Made by a program: the position numbers and the translations under genes
DNA from: Nemertoderma westbladi
Lineage: Eukaryota; Animalia; Xenacoelomorpha
Length of the DNA stretch: 59,142 nt
Assembly (NCBI GenBank): GCA_032718475.1
Contig: JAUCBJ010000082.1
Span: 1 to 59,142 of the forward strand
Direction: 5' to 3'
Shown: positions 32,801 to 46,204 of the stretch, in pieces
Numbering within the stretch: position 1 is the stretch's first letter
Layout: the number at the start of each line of letters is the position of its first letter
The notes under the pieces: model-generated
What the model saw: the letters and a program-made list of their open reading frames with translations, nothing else
Told to the model about the DNA's origin: nothing
Databases searched by the model: none

Positions 32801-35800
32801 CTCGATTTAACACAAACTGTGGATTTCTGTAGGAGCCGCGAACTCGCTGCCATTGAAGGAAAACGTCTCAAGGGCAACACATTGGCTGCTATAAAGCAGA
32901 ATAATGGTGGGCAACGTTCACGATCCAAAAGTCGATACCGACAAGCTAAGGAAGGTCGGAACCTTAGCCGTTCTCCGTCCCATGGTGGAGGACCTACTAA
33001 AGCGTGTTACCGGTGCGGCGGGCACTGGCCGCACGACGGCAATAAACCGTGCTGGGCGTTGGATAAAAATTGCGCTAATTGCGGAAAAAAGGGACATTTA
33101 GCAAAGGTCTGCAATAATAAAACTGCAAAAACAGGTAAACAAACTGGGGCAATAATCCAAGCCTACATTGGGGAGAATTGCCGGAAACCGGTAGTCTCGA
33201 TTAACTTTCATCGTCCCGGCGGCGACGATAATTTATTTCTAGGGAGCAAAAACTGTATTGCTGACACGGGGGCGCAGGTGATAGCTGCCGGTACCGATAT
33301 TCTGGACGACTGGCGTATAACACGACGCCTTCTGAAACCACCAGACGCTCCCCTACTCACCGCTAACGGCGACCAGATCCTGTGCGATGGGCGAGTAAAA
33401 CTTAAACTGAAACTCGTTGACGCGGAACATTTAGATTGGGTTTACATCTGCCCTGAAATCACCCAGGGCGAGATTTTCCTTTCACTTGCGGCTTGTAAAG
33501 GTTTGGGGATAGTTCACCCAGACTTCCCGCATCCAATCCATTCTATAAACTCAGTGGATCTTCTCCACCCGATACCCGATCTGGATAAACCCGAATCCGG
33601 AAATATTGGAGAACCTATCGAATATATTGCTAAGATTAAAGCAAAAATCATTGCTGAATACGCCGATGTGTTTGGTGATGGACACGGCCTGAAAGCTATG
33701 GTCGGACCGCCAATGCGAATCGAGCTTAAAGGCGACGCGGTCCCGTTTAAACTGTATACACACCGCGCCGTTCCATTCGCTTTCCGAGAAAAAGCGAAAG
33801 AAACTATTGATAGTATGGTAGAGAATGGTATTATCGAGCGTGTGGGTGACAGACCTACTGAATGGTGTCACCCACTGGTTGTTTGTAGTAAACCGAACAG
33901 CCCGGGCGAAGTTAGAATAACTGTTGACTTGACTAAACTCAATTACCAAGTGAAGCGAACCGTCCACAATGCGCGCTCCCCCCGCGATATTGTTTCAGCT
34001 CGAATTCCGGGCTCCTGTTTATTTTCCACATTAGATGCCAAAACGGGTTACTGGCAAGTGGAACTTGAAGAGAAATCTAGAGATTTAACAACTTTTATTA
34101 CACCATGGGGTTGTTTCCGTTACTGTAGGGCCCCCATGGGTTTTATTAGCACAGGCGATTCCTACAACTATAGGGGAGATATGGTGTTACAAGGGGTCGA
34201 TGGTGTTAATAAAATTGTAGATGATATACTCCTCGAGAGTTCAAATCTCGAGGAACACGTCGAGTTAGTGCGTGATGTGCTGCAACGTTGCCGCGATAAC
34301 TCGATTACATTAAATCCCAAAAAATTTCACTTTGCCCAAACAAATGTGAAATTCGCAGGTTACATTATATCTGCAGACGGAACTGAGGCGGATCCAGAGA
34401 AGGTTCGAGCCATACAGGACTATGAAACTCCGCAGAACATTACAGATCTTCGTAGTTTCATGGGGTTGGCTAACCAACTCGGCTGTTTCTCCTCAACTGT
34501 CAGTGCTGCTGCAGTCCCATTACGTGACATCCTACGGACCAAAAACGAGTGGATTTGGACGGCAATGCATGAGGAAGCGTTTCGCGCAGTGAAACTCGCT
34601 TTACTCCAGCCCCCAATCCTCGCTCCTTTCGATCCATTACTGGACACACGTTTGGAGGTTGATGCCAGCCGTAAATTCGGGATGGGGTATGATTTAATAC
34701 AACGACATGGCGATATTTATAAACTCGTCGCCTGCGGTAGTCGCTTCCTAACGGATTGCGAGACGAGGTGGGCGACTATTGAACTCGAGTGTGCCGCGAT
34801 AAAATACGGTATTTCCAAATGTCGTTTATATCTAGAAGGACTTTCTAACTTCACAGTAGTGACCGATCATCGACCGTTACTCACTATTTTTAATAATTAC
34901 ACACTCGATCAGGTGGAAAATTCAAAAATTCAGAGAATTAAAGCAAATCTTCAATCCGCGTACCAGTTCCATCTCGAGTGGAAACCTGGAAGCAAACACC
35001 GTATTGCCGATAGTCTGAGTCGGCATCCAATCGAGGACCCAGATCCCGATGACGGCGTTGATCCCACCTACCGAGTTGCCGCACTTGCAGCGGTTTTTAG
35101 TACGGAGACCGACGGGGTACATACCAAGGATGGCGACAACGATCCCCTTGTCGAGGAACTCCGACGGATTGCTATTAAAGACTCCGAATATCGAGAGCTA
35201 GTTCAACAGATCCTCTGTGGTTTTACTACAATTCACACAGCCACAGAATCGGTAAAGCAGTATAAGTCTATTCGTGACTCACTTTCCGTTCACCGCGATC
35301 TCGTCCTTTACGACGACCGCATAATAATTCCTAAAGCATCCCGCGGCGACATCCTCGAGCGTTTACATGCATCACATCAAGGGATGACTCGCACCAAACA
35401 GCGAGCTCGCCAGACGGTCTACTGGCCTGGGATTGGCCGCGACATCGAGATAATGACTCGTGAATGTGAAGGATGTCTTACTAGACTCCCAAGCCTTCCT
35501 AAGGAAACCTTAAAGGCGGATGACCCGCCTACTCGCCCATTCCAACGCGCTTCGGCTGATCTTTTCTCACTGCGAGGACGTCATTTTCTCGTATATGCAG
35601 ATTATTTATCTGGTTACCCGTGCGTAACTGAATGGTTTCACGACCCAGACGCAAAGAAAATAACTTCGGCTTTGCGCCAACACTTCGTTGACTTGGGCGT
35701 ACCAATAAAACTTCGTTCCGATAACGGTCCACAGTTCTCGGCACATCACACCAGAATGTTCCTTAAGCGATGGGGTGTCGAGTGGGAACCAAGTACACCT

Positions 35801-38800
35801 GGTTACCCAACCAGCAATGGGCATGCCGAGGCATCGGTTAAGCGAATTAAAACTCTCCTCGCCAAATGCCCGAAACCCGATATACATTCGGACGAGTTCC
35901 TAGAAGGTCTCATGGAACTCAGGAACTTCCCCCGTGGCGACGGCGCCTCTCCCAGCGAACGTGTATTTGGGCGCTTGTTACGTACACGAATCCCTGCGCA
36001 CCATACGAAATACGCGCAGAAGTGGCGTGATGAAGCGGACGCCACCGATTCAGCCGCTGCCACTCTCCGCCTAAAAACGGCCGAGTTATACAACCAATCA
36101 GCCGCCGACCTCCCTTCCCTTAAAACCAACACCAAAGTCCTCATACAGGACCAGAAAACCAAACGGTGGACCCACACTGGTACCATCGTAGGTGTCGGTC
36201 GCCACCGTGATTATCATATAAAATTGCCATCGGGACGCACATGGTGGCGCAACCGCCGATTTCTCAGGCCCCACTTTATAGCTGAGAAATTCGATAACCA
36301 CAACGAAACTGATAATGACATTTTACCAAGGCGTAGTAAACGTATACGCCAACGTCACGTCCACTGGGAAAATTAATTCCAACGATTTAAAACTATTTAA
36401 AACTAAATCATACGTTTCAAATCGAAAAAAAAGAGAGAGTTGTTATATACTGATAAGTTACTTTCAGTTTCCTTTGAGGTGGTGGTTTGGATCTAAGTAC
36501 TTTAACAGTTTTTTAATATAACTACCGTTTACATGCTGGGATATGGTCGGATGATGTACTGCTGTACTGACATGCTGAATTATTTAAGTGCTTCTGTACT
36601 TCCCTTTAAATCAGCCTACCGTGTCTGGTATGGTTGATAAACCGGACCTGTACTTAATAAATCTGGGATAATTAATACCTAATACATTTTACTTTATTTC
36701 TTCTATACTTCCGATGTGAAGGATACAACACACCCAATCCTAAAATAGTAAATAACGGTGATACAATACGAATATAACGTATAAAAACCAAACCATAACG
36801 TATAACAAGGTAGCGCCCCAGATCGCCCCAGATCAGCCATGCACAGTGCCGGCGGACCCAGCGACATAGCGCCCCAGATCTCGCGGTCAGCCACACACAG
36901 TGCCGGCGGACCCAGCAACATCGCGCCCCAGATCCCACGGTCAGCCACACACAGTGCCGGCGGACCCAGCAACATCGCGCCCCAGATCTCACGGTCAGCC
37001 ATACACAGTGCCGGCGGACCCAGTAACATAGCGCCCCAGATCTTACGGACAGCCATACACAGTGCCGACGGACCCAGCCACATAGCGCCCCAGATCCCAC
37101 GGTCAGCCATACACAGTGCCGGCGGACCCAGCAACATAGCGCCCCCGATCCCACGGTCAGCCATACACAGTGCCGGCGGACCCAGCAACATGGCGCCCAC
37201 AGATATCGCAGTCAGCCACACACAGTGCAGGTGGACCCAGCAACATATCGCCCCCAGATCTTACGGTCAGCAACACACAGTGCCGGCGAACACAGCAACA
37301 TATCGCCCCCAGATCTTACGGTCAGCAACACACAGTGCCGGCGGACACAGCAACATATCGCCCCCAGATCTTACGGTCAGCAACACACAGTGCCGGCGGA
37401 CCCAGTAACATAGCGACCCCAGATCCCACGGTTAGCCATACACAGTGCTGATAATCCTTATAATTAAATATATAAATTAAATTTGTCAATATATAAATTT
37501 ATGATCTCAAAGACCCAGGGAGGGGAGGCACATCAACACCAGGCCCTATTAATATTAATGTCCTTCGAAGCACACAAGACATCTCCAAATGTTACATCAT
37601 GCAACACAACACCACAGTAACAACGCCATATAACTCCATCTGCAGTACCTTTCCGCAGTCGTTATAGGAATGTCAATGGCTAGCTAACGATTTTGAAAAT
37701 TTCTTCGGTGAAAATCGTGAACAACGTCGTGATTTTTAAGACGATTGCGATTTTCCCCCAATTATAATACATGTGTAATATAATATTATATTTCGGTAAA
37801 ATGCTATTTTATTTAGAGTATATAAATTTCATAAAGAAATTAGCAAATACTTATTATGAAACTGATCAATTCTAGTCAACTACAAGACTACATACTGTAG
37901 CAATGCTAGTAGAGCTCCCTCCAGGTCTAAGTACACGGGATAATTCTCGTGATTCGCAATCCATCGTCAGATCGTTGTCCAGTCGCACCCTCCGGTCAGT
38001 TGTTTACTGTATTATTATCAAAGCTGTCGTATTTACTAGCTGATCATCCTGTTTACGTGTATCGGTTCAGGCCGAACTCATCCATATAGACGATAAATGT
38101 ATAATATCCCCAATATCCAAGGGCCTAGCATATATTATTACCTAGCGGTTTGGGTAAGTCTATGTACCTCCGTACTTATGTATACTTCCTACTGTATAGT
38201 GTATATACTATAGACTACACAATAAATTAATTCAGTTACAGTTGCACCATATTTTAGGCTACAATAATTCCGCTACTCACCATTGTAGCTCAACATTATG
38301 CATCGATGTGGGTGGGACCTGCTGCAATACAGACAGTTCCCGCAGCCTATCATAGGGTCAGCTACACAACGATCACCAATCGTTGCCTTGGTAACATCGC
38401 AACCAATTGAATGAACTCTGAAATAAATTAATAGTAAATGTAATCACCTTATAAATAAATGCATTTCGGCCTTCCTTCCCCTACCTTCTAATTTCCCATC
38501 CTTCCTCCCCCTACCTTCTCCTTTCCCATCCTTCCTCCCCCTACCTTATCCTTTCCCATCCTTCCTTCCCCTACCTTCTTCTTTCCCATCCTCCCTTCCC
38601 CTACCGTAACCTTTCCCATCCTCCCTTCCCCTGCCTTCTTTTTTCCCATCCTTCCTTCCCCTACCTTCTTCTTTCCCATCCTCCCTTCCCCTGCCATATC
38701 CTTTCCCATCCTCCCTTCCCCTGCCTTCTTTTTTCCCATCCTTCCTTCCCCTACCTTATCCTTTCCCATCATTCCTTCCTTCCCCTACTTTATCCTTTCC

Positions 38801-41800
38801 CATCCTTCCTTCCTCCCCCCACTTTATCCTTTCCCATCCTTCCTTCCCCTACCTTATCCTTTCCCATCCTTCCTTCCTTCCCCTACCTTCTTCTTTCCCA
38901 TCCTTCCTTCCCCTACCTTATCCTTTATCATCCTTCCTTCCCCTGCCTTATTCTTTCCCATCCTTCCTTCCTTCCCCTACCTTATCCTTTCCCATCCTTC
39001 CTTCCCCTACCTTCTTCTTTCCCATCCTCCCTTCCCCTACCGTATCCTTTCCCATCCTCCCTTCCCTGCCTTCTTTTTTCACATCCTTCCTTCCCCTACC
39101 TTATCCTTTATCATCCTTCCTTCCCCTGCCTTATTCTTTCCCATCCTTCCTTCCTTCCCCTACCTTATCCTTTCCCACCCTTCCTTCCCCTACCTTCTTC
39201 TTTCCCATCCTCCCTTCCCCTACCGTATCCCTTCCCATCCTCCCTTCCCTGCCTTCTTTTTTCCCATCCTTCCTTCCCCTACCTATCCTTTCCCATCCTT
39301 CCTACCTTCCCCTACTTTATCATTTCCCATCCTTCCTTCCCCTATCTTCTTCTTTCCCATCCTTCCTTCCCCTACCTTATCTTTTATCATCCTTCCTTCC
39401 CCTGCCTTATTCTTTCCCATCCTTCCTTCCTTCCCCTACCTTATCCTTTACCATCCTTCCTTCCCCTACTTTCTTCTTTCCCATCCTCCCTTCCCCTACC
39501 GTATCCCTTCCCATCCTCCCTTCCCTGCCTTCTTTTTTCCCATCCTTCCTTCCCCTACCTTATCCTTTCCCATCCTTCCTACCTTCCCCTACTTTATCCT
39601 TTCCCATCCTTCCTTCCCCTATCTTCTTCTTTCCCATCCTTCCTTCCCCTACCTTATCCTTTATCATCCTTCCTTCCCCTGCCTTATTCTTTCCCATCCT
39701 TCCTTCCTTCCCCTACCTTATCCTTTCCCATCCTTCCTTCCCCTACCTTCTTCTTTCCCATCCTTCATTCCTTCCCCAGCTTATCCTTTCCCATCCTTCC
39801 TTCCCCTACCTTATCCTTTATCATCCTTCCTTCCCCTGCCTTATTCTTTCCCATCCTTCCTTCCTTCCCCTACTTTATCCTTTCCCATCCTTCCTTCCCC
39901 TATCTTCTTCTTTCCCATCCTTCCTTCCCCTACCTTATCCTTTATCATCCTTCCTTCCCCTGCCTTATTCTTTCCCATCCTTCCTTCCTTCCCCTACCTT
40001 ATCCTTTCCCATCCTTCCTTCCCCTACCTTCTTCTTTCCCATCCTCCCTTCCCCTACCGTATCCCTTCCCATCCTCCCTTCCCTGCCTTCCTTTTTCCCA
40101 TCCTTCCTTCCCCTACCTTATCCTTTCCCATCCTTCCTTCCCCTTCTTTATCCTTTCCCATCCTTCCTTCCCCTATCTTCTTCTTTCCCATCCTTCCTTC
40201 CCCTACCTTATCCTTTCCCATCCTTCCTTCCCCTACCTTCCCCTTCTTTATCCTTTCCCATCCTTCATTCCCCTACCTTCTTCTTTCCCATCCTCCCTTC
40301 CCCTACCGTATCCTTTCCCATCCTTCCATCCCCTGCCTTCTTTTTTCCCATCCTTCATTCCCCTACCTTATCATTTCCCATCCATCCTTCCTTCCCCTAC
40401 CTTATCCTTTCCCATCCTCCCTTCCCCTACCTTCTCCTTTCCCATCCTTCCTTCCCCTACCTTATCCTTTCCCATCCTTCCTTCCTTCCCCCACTTTATC
40501 CTTTCCCATCCTCCCTTCCCCTACCTTCTTCTTTCCCATCCTTCCTTCCCCTACCTTATCCTTTCCCATCCTTCCTTCCCCTATCTTCTTCTTTCACATC
40601 CTTCCTTCCCCTACCTTCTCATTTCCCATCCTTCCTTCCTTCCCCCACTTTATCCTTTCCCATCCTCCCTTCCCCTACCTTCTTCTTTCCCATCCTTCCT
40701 TCCCCTACCTTATCCTTTCCCATCCTTCCTTCCCCTATCTTCTTCTTTCACATCCTTCCTTCCCCTACCTTCTCATTTCCCATCCTTCCTTCCCCTACCT
40801 TATCCTTTTCCATCCTTCCTTCCCCTACCTTCTCCTTTCCCATCCTTCCTTCCCCTACCTTATCATTTCCCATCCTTCCTTCCCCTACTTTATCCTTCCC
40901 CATCCTTCCTTCCCCTACCGTATCCTTCCTTTCCCATCCTCCCTTCCCCTGCCTTATCTTTTCCCATCTTTCCTTCCCCTACCTTATCATTTCCCATCCA
41001 TCCTTCCTTCCCCTACCTTATCCTTTCCCATCCTCCCTTCCCCTACCTTCTCCTTTCCCATCCTACCTTCCCCTACCTTATCATTTCCCATCCTTCCTTC
41101 CCCTACCTTATACTTTCCCATCCTTCCTTCCCCTACCGTATCCTTTCCCATCCTCCCTTCCCTGCCTTCTTTTTTCCCATCCTTCCTTCCCCTATCTTCT
41201 TCTTTCCCATCCTTCCTTCCCCTACCTTATCATTTCCCATCCTTACTTCCCCTACCTTCTTCTTTCCCATCCTCCCTTCCCCTACCGTATCCTTTCCCAC
41301 CCTTCCTTCCCCTACCTTCTCCTTTCCCATCCTTCCTTCCCCTACCTTATCCTTTCCCATCCTTCCTTCCCCTACCGTATCCTTTCCCATCCTCCCTTCC
41401 CCTGCCTTCTTTTTTCCCATCCTTCCTTCCCCTACCTTATCATTTCCCATCCATCCTTCCTTCCCCTACCTTATCCTTTCCCATCCTCCCTTCCCCTACC
41501 TTCTCCTTCTCCTTTCCCATCCTTCCTTCCCCTACCTTATCATTTCCCATCCTTCCGTCCCCTACCGTATCCTTTCCCATCCTCCCTTCCCTGCCTTCTT
41601 TTTTCCCACCCTTCCTTCCCCTACCTTATCATTTCCCATCCTTCCTTCCTTCCCATACCTTATCATTTCCCATCCTTCCTTCCCCTACTTTATCCTTCCC
41701 CATCCTTCCTTCCCCTACCGTATCCTTTCCCATCCTCCCTTCCCCTGCCTTCTCTTTTCCCATCTTTCCTTCCCCTACCTTATCATTTCCCATCCATCCT

Positions 41801-44800
41801 TCCTTCCCCTACCTTATCCTTTCCCATCCTCCCTTCCCCTACCTTCTCCTTTCCCATCCTTCCTTCCCCTACCTTCTCCTTTCCCATCCTTCCTTCCCCT
41901 ACCTTATCATTTCCCATCCTTCCTTCCCCTACCTTATACTTTCCCATCCTTCCTTCCCTACCGTATCCTTTCCCATCCTCCCTTCCCTGCCTTCTTTTTT
42001 CCCATCCTTCCTTCCCCTACCTTATCATTTCCCATCCTTCCTTCCTTCCCATACCTTATCATTTCCCATCCTTCCTTCCCCTACTTTATCCTTCCCCATC
42101 CTTCCTTCCCCTACCGTATCCTTTCCCATCCTCCCTTCCCCTGCCTTCTCTTTTCCCATCTTTCCTTCCCCTACCTTATCATTTCCCATCATCCTTCCTT
42201 CCCCTACCTTATCCTTTCCCATCCTCCCTTCCCCTACCTTCTCCTTTCCCATCCTCCCTTCCCCTGCCCTCTCCTTTCCCATCATTCCTTCCCCTACCTT
42301 ATCATTTCCCATCCTTCCTTCCCCTACTTTATCCTTTCCCATCCTTCCTTCCCCTACCTTCTCCTTTCCCATCATTCCTTCCCCTACCTTATCATTTCCC
42401 ATCCTTCCTTCCCCTACCTTATACTTTCCCATCCTTCCTTCCCCTACCGTATCCTTTCCCATCCTCCATTCCCTGCCTTCTTTTTTCCCATCCTTCCTTC
42501 CCCTATCTTCTTCTTTCCCATCCTTCCTTCCCCTACCTTATCATTTCCCATCCTTACTTCCCCTACCTTCTTCTTTCCCATCCTCCCTTCCCCTACCGTA
42601 TCCTTTCCCATCCTTCCTTCCCCTACCTTCTCCTTTCCCATCCTTCCTTCCCCTACCTTATCATTTCCCATCCTTCCTTCCCCTACTTTATCCTTTCCCA
42701 TCCTTCCTTCTCCTTCTCCTTTCCCATCCTCCCTTCCCCTGCCTTCTTTTTTCCCATCCTTCCTTCCCCTACCTTATCCTTTCCCATCCTTCCTTCCCCT
42801 ACCTTCTCCTTTCCCATCCTTCCTTCCCCTACCTTATCATTTCCCATCCTTACTTCCCCTACCTTCTTCTTTCCCATCCTCCCTTCCCCTACCGTATCCT
42901 TTCCCATCCTTCCTTCCCCTACCTTCTCCTTTCCCATCCTTCCTTCCCCTACCTTATCATTTCCCATCCTTCCTTCCCCTACTTTATCCTTTCCCATCCT
43001 TCCTTCTCCATATCCTTTCCCATCCTCCCTTCCCCTACCTTCTCCTTCTCCTTTCCCATCCTCCCTTCCCCTACCTTCTCCTTCTCCTTTCCCATCCTTC
43101 CTTCCCCTACCTTATACTTTCCCATCCTTCCTTCCCCTACCGTATCCTTTCCCATCCTCCCCTTCCCTGCCTTCTTTTTTCCCATCCTTCCTTCCCCTAC
43201 CGTATCCTTTCCCATCCTCCCTTCCCTGCCTTCTTTTTTCCCATCCTCCCTTCCCCTGCCTTCTCTTTTCCCATCTTTCCTTCCCCTACCTTATCCTTTC
43301 CCATCCTCCCTTCCCCTACCTTCTCCTTCTCCTTTCCCATCCTTCCTTCCCCTACCTTCTCCTTCTTCTTTCCCATCCTCCCTTCCCCTACCTTATCCTT
43401 TCCCATCCTACCTTCCCCTACCTTCTCCTTCTCCTTTCCCATCCTTCCTTCCCCTACCTTCTCCTTCTTCTTTCCCATCCTCCCTTCCCCTACCTTCTCC
43501 TTCTTCTTTCCCATCCTCCCTTCCCCTACCTTATCCTTTCCCATCCTCCCTTCCCCTACCTTCTCCTTTCCCATCCTTCCTTCCCCTACCTTATCATTTC
43601 CCATCCTTCCTTCCCCTACCTTCTCCGTTCCCATCCTTCCTTCCCCTACCTTATCATTTCCCATCCTCCCTTCCCCTATCGTATCCTTTCCCATCCTTCC
43701 TTCCCCTACCTTCTCCTTTCCCATCCTTCCTTCCCCTACCTTATCATTTCCCATCCTTCCTTCCCCTACCTTCTCCTTTCCCATCCTTCCTTCCCCTACC
43801 TTATCATTTCCCATCCTCCCTTCCCCTATCGTATCCTTTCCCATCCTTCCTTCCCCTACCTTATCCTTTCCCATCCTCCCTTCCCCTACCTTCTCCTTTC
43901 CCATCCTTCCTTCCCCTACCTTATCATTTCCCATCCTTCCTTCCCCTACCTTCTCCTTTCCCATCCTTCCTTCCCCTACCTTATCATTTCCCATCCTCCC
44001 TTCCCCTATCGTATCCTTTCCCATCCTCCCTTCCCCTACCTTATCCTTTCCCATCCTACCTTCCCCTACCTTCTCCTTCTCCTTTCCCATCCTACCTTCC
44101 CCTACCTTCTCCTTCTCCTTTCCCATCCTTCCTTCCCCTACCTTCTCCTTCTTCTTTCCCATCCTCCCTTCCCCTACCTTCTCCTTCTTCTTTCCCATCC
44201 TCCCTTCCCCTACCTTATCCTTTCCCATCCTCCCTTCCCCTACCTTCTCCTTTCCCATCCTTCCTTCCCCTACCTTATCATTTCCCATCCTTCCTTCCCC
44301 TACCTTCTCCTTTCCCATCCTTCCTTCCCCTACCTTATCATTTCCCATCCTCCCTTCCCCTATCGTATCCTTTCCCATCCTTCCTTCCCCTACCGTATCC
44401 TTTCCCATCCTTCCTTCCCCTACCTTCTCCTTTCCCATCCTTCCTTCCCCTACCGTATCCTTTCCCATCCTTCCTTCCCCTACCGTATCCTTTCCCATCC
44501 TCCCTTCCCCTGCCTTCTTTTTCCCATCCTTCATTCCCCTACCTTATCATTTCCAATCCTTCCTCCCTTCCCCTACCTTCTCCTTCTCCTTTCCCATCCT
44601 TTCTTCCCCTACCTTATCCTTTCCCATCCTTCCTTCCCCTACCTTATCCTTTCCCAACCTTCCTTCCTTTCCCTTCCTTCATTGCATGCTCACATCCCTT
44701 CTTTCCTTCCTGTCTGCTTGTCTCCCTTCCTGCCTCTTATACCTCCCTTCTTTTCTTTCTTCCTGCTATCCACACCTCATACTTCGTAACTGTAGGAAAG

Positions 44801-45121
44801 GACAAGGACACATAACATGGGCCGTGATAGCAGTGATATTAGCAGGGATAAATGCTATGTTAATGATAAAATAAAGGTACCGGTATAAATGTTATTAAAA
44901 ATGATGACTTACACGCCGCATATTTCGTGTCCAAGAACTATTGGAGTCCCTGTTGCCATAACAAACTCTCCATCCAGGACATGCAGGTCAGTACCGCATA
45001 TACCTGTGTGCGAAACCTTGACAATGACGTCATTGCCTTTAGTCATCTGGGGCCGGGGATAGTCTGTGACGTAATTCATAGTTACGCCATCGAAGTTTAA
45101 GGCTTGCATTGTCGTAGACAT
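29825..45121 (-). CDS. Zinc-dependent MDR alcohol/polyol dehydrogenase (sorbitol dehydrogenase-like), 6 exons, ~355 aa; this allele is disrupted by a Gypsy insertion in exon 3
   Basis: Exons 45121-44913, 38417-38281, 36739-36731 joined to 31580-31364, 30894-30780, 30357-30208 and 30055-29825 join in frame with GT-AG introns. Motifs: [12 protein letters not shown], structural Zn site CGNCLYC..C, LAEP, Rossmann GAGIAG and FDCSG. Confidence 0.88.
30485..30720 (-). mobile_element. Diverged RTE-like LINE fragment in dehydrogenase intron 4
   Basis: [22 protein letters not shown]...[10 protein letters not shown] is homologous to the C-terminus of the 46281-47474 ORF. Confidence 0.75.
31586..36730 (+). 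mobile_element. Ty3/Gypsy LTR retrotransposon, intact and very young
   Basis: 290-bp LTRs (31586-31875 and 36441-36730) with TGTT...AACA ends look identical by eye. 5-bp TSD CACCC. PBS TGGCGCAGCG (tRNA-Ser-like) at 31876. PPT A8GAGAGAG at 36425-36439. Confidence 0.96.
31892..36376 (+). CDS. Gypsy gag-pol polyprotein, single ORF (~1490 aa; first ATG at 31919)
   Basis: Two Zn knuckles (e.g. [14 protein letters not shown]), protease [17 protein letters not shown] and IVDD, RNase H VDAS and TDHRPL, integrase HHCC plus ADLF, SDNGPQF and SNGHAE. Confidence 0.96.
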   Translation: MTQRAQNSAMSIESDDWLELTPDEIEDLDRQSLIKHCTFAGVSFDAKTSSMIMRKRLLKLLQSGEESSIPPVTQSVDLANLLIQLEQQRREDNLRREHREEQQRAVDEQRRADERAEMVQILAQFGRAPPATGTGPTTSRTSDQASAKLQLRTPDILEVDMRYRQFKHWESTWRNYVRVTKLTDKPREDQIAALFSYCSSDLLNRIHYTMGIPQDTDKTMDEILTEIRTYLRGEQNIAVDRYKLLSQRQQEGQSFEEFYVKLRESSDDAMIEQMTPDDWILTLLICGISDDETRCEVFGKKPPLDLTQTVDFCRSRELAAIEGKRLKGNTLAAIKQNNGGQRSRSKSRYRQAKEGRNLSRSPSHGGGPTKACYRCGGHWPHDGNKPCWALDKNCANCGKKGHLAKVCNNKTAKTGKQTGAIIQAYIGENCRKPVVSINFHRPGGDDNLFLGSKNCIADTGAQVIAAGTDILDDWRITRRLLKPPDAPLLTANGDQILCDGRVKLKLKLVDAEHLDWVYICPEITQGEIFLSLAACKGLGIVHPDFPHPIHSINSVDLLHPIPDLDKPESGNIGEPIEYIAKIKAKIIAEYADVFGDGHGLKAMVGPPMRIELKGDAVPFKLYTHRAVPFAFREKAKETIDSMVENGIIERVGDRPTEWCHPLVVCSKPNSPGEVRITVDLTKLNYQVKRTVHNARSPRDIVSARIPGSCLFSTLDAKTGYWQVELEEKSRDLTTFITPWGCFRYCRAPMGFISTGDSYNYRGDMVLQGVDGVNKIVDDILLESSNLEEHVELVRDVLQRCRDNSITLNPKKFHFAQTNVKFAGYIISADGTEADPEKVRAIQDYETPQNITDLRSFMGLANQLGCFSSTVSAAAVPLRDILRTKNEWIWTAMHEEAFRAVKLALLQPPILAPFDPLLDTRLEVDASRKFGMGYDLIQRHGDIYKLVACGSRFLTDCETRWATIELECAAIKYGISKCRLYLEGLSNFTVVTDHRPLLTIFNNYTLDQVENSKIQRIKANLQSAYQFHLEWKPGSKHRIADSLSRHPIEDPDPDDGVDPTYRVAALAAVFSTETDGVHTKDGDNDPLVEELRRIAIKDSEYRELVQQILCGFTTIHTATESVKQYKSIRDSLSVHRDLVLYDDRIIIPKASRGDILERLHASHQGMTRTKQRARQTVYWPGIGRDIEIMTRECEGCLTRLPSLPKETLKADDPPTRPFQRASADLFSLRGRHFLVYADYLSGYPCVTEWFHDPDAKKITSALRQHFVDLGVPIKLRSDNGPQFSAHHTRMFLKRWGVEWEPSTPGYPTSNGHAEASVKRIKTLLAKCPKPDIHSDEFLEGLMELRNFPRGDGASPSERVFGRLLRTRIPAHHTKYAQKWRDEADATDSAAATLRLKTAELYNQSAADLPSLKTNTKVLIQDQKTKRWTHTGTIVGVGRHRDYHIKLPSGRTWWRNRRFLRPHFIAEKFDNHNETDNDILPRRSKRIRQRHVHWEN
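36812..37449 (+). repeat. 54/55-bp GC-rich minisatellite (~11-12 copies) in dehydrogenase intron 2
   Basis: Unit ~GCGCCCCAGATCCCACGGTCAGCCATACACAGTGCCGGCGGACCCAGCAACATA; period 54 between 36842 and 36896. Confidence 0.92.
38470..44680 (+). repeat. ~30-bp polypyrimidine/polypurine satellite (~6.2 kb, ~200 copies) in dehydrogenase intron 1
   Basis: Unit ~CCCATCCTTCCTTCCCCTACCTTATCCTTT with variants. Confidence 0.97.
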
Positions 45122-45651
45122 AGTGACTGATTTCGACTTCACATCAGAAACGAAATAGATTTTTATTATATACCGGTAGCCGTAGCGGTACCTAACATAC
45201 AACTACACTGCTACAGTGCATTACTACAACTGTAACTAAAGCTACTGATAAACCCATCCTACTGTACTATTGTGCGCTGCATTCCCTGGTTCTTTCATCA
45301 AACTATAATCAGATAATAAACCAACCCACCTACCACGTCCAGACGTCAGCAAGTTACACATATACCTTTAAATTAACTAAGAATTAAAAAATAAGAAACC
45401 AATTTGAATTTCCCTCCACATACTTATTATTATTTATACACTAGAACGGCATCAAGATGGCTTTAAACGAACTTGTCTTATCAAGAAAAAGAAGGGATTG
45501 GAAGATGCAAATCAAGCCGACTTCTGGGCCCTAAACCCCATTGGAGCTGAGCTGTTAATGCAACTGTAACAACTAATGATGTAATGTTTTTTTTTCCGAA
45601 GAAATGGAAAATAAGAGGAAGCATGTCACCGGGGGGGGGGGGGGGGGGGGG

Positions 45652-45710
45652 GGGTTGAACCAGCGCTATACGGCCAGGCCTCAGTAGCGCTAACCAGTTC
45701 AGCCACTTGC
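45652..45710 (-). other. tRNA-derived SINE-like head next to a poly-G tract
   Basis: Minus strand reads GGCAAGTGGCTGAACTGGTTAGCGC...GGTTCAACCC (A-box and B-box). Confidence 0.4.
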
Positions 45711-46204
45711 CTCTAACCCTTACTCTCCTATTTAATCCACTTCTATTGAACAGGGCATTCTTAGGCGTTCATTTTTCCATTTCTGAACAAAACAATAATA
45801 TTTAATAGAAAACTTGACGACTTTTTCTTACGAGCGTTGCTCCTTCAGTGTAACAGAATCTATACAGATTCTGTATTTTGCTAGTCATTCACTCTTACTA
45901 TCACGTGGTAAACGATGATGGAGAATATGATTCAAGCATTGATTTATAAATTATAAGTTAATAATTATAAGTTACTTAAATACTGAATTAGACAAAATAA
46001 TTAGGTTTAAGATAGAGGCATAGGGAAGGTGTAAGTAAAATTTACAAGTACATTTAGGCCGAACCGACATACGTTTTGACTATGGGAGAGTGTTAACCAA
46101 TGAGGTGAGCTTATTAAAGGAGCAGCCAGTTAGAAGCCTAGAATTACTTCCATAGGCTGAAACGACAATTCAATTGGAAATATAATAATAATAATAATAT
46201 AATA

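Noticed and set aside
36672-37451. ORFs over the 54-bp minisatellite
   Set aside because: They are repeat-derived, open on both strands and intronic.
38488-44534. GEGRMGK repeat ORFs
   Set aside because: They are translations of an intronic 30-bp satellite with frequent frameshifts.
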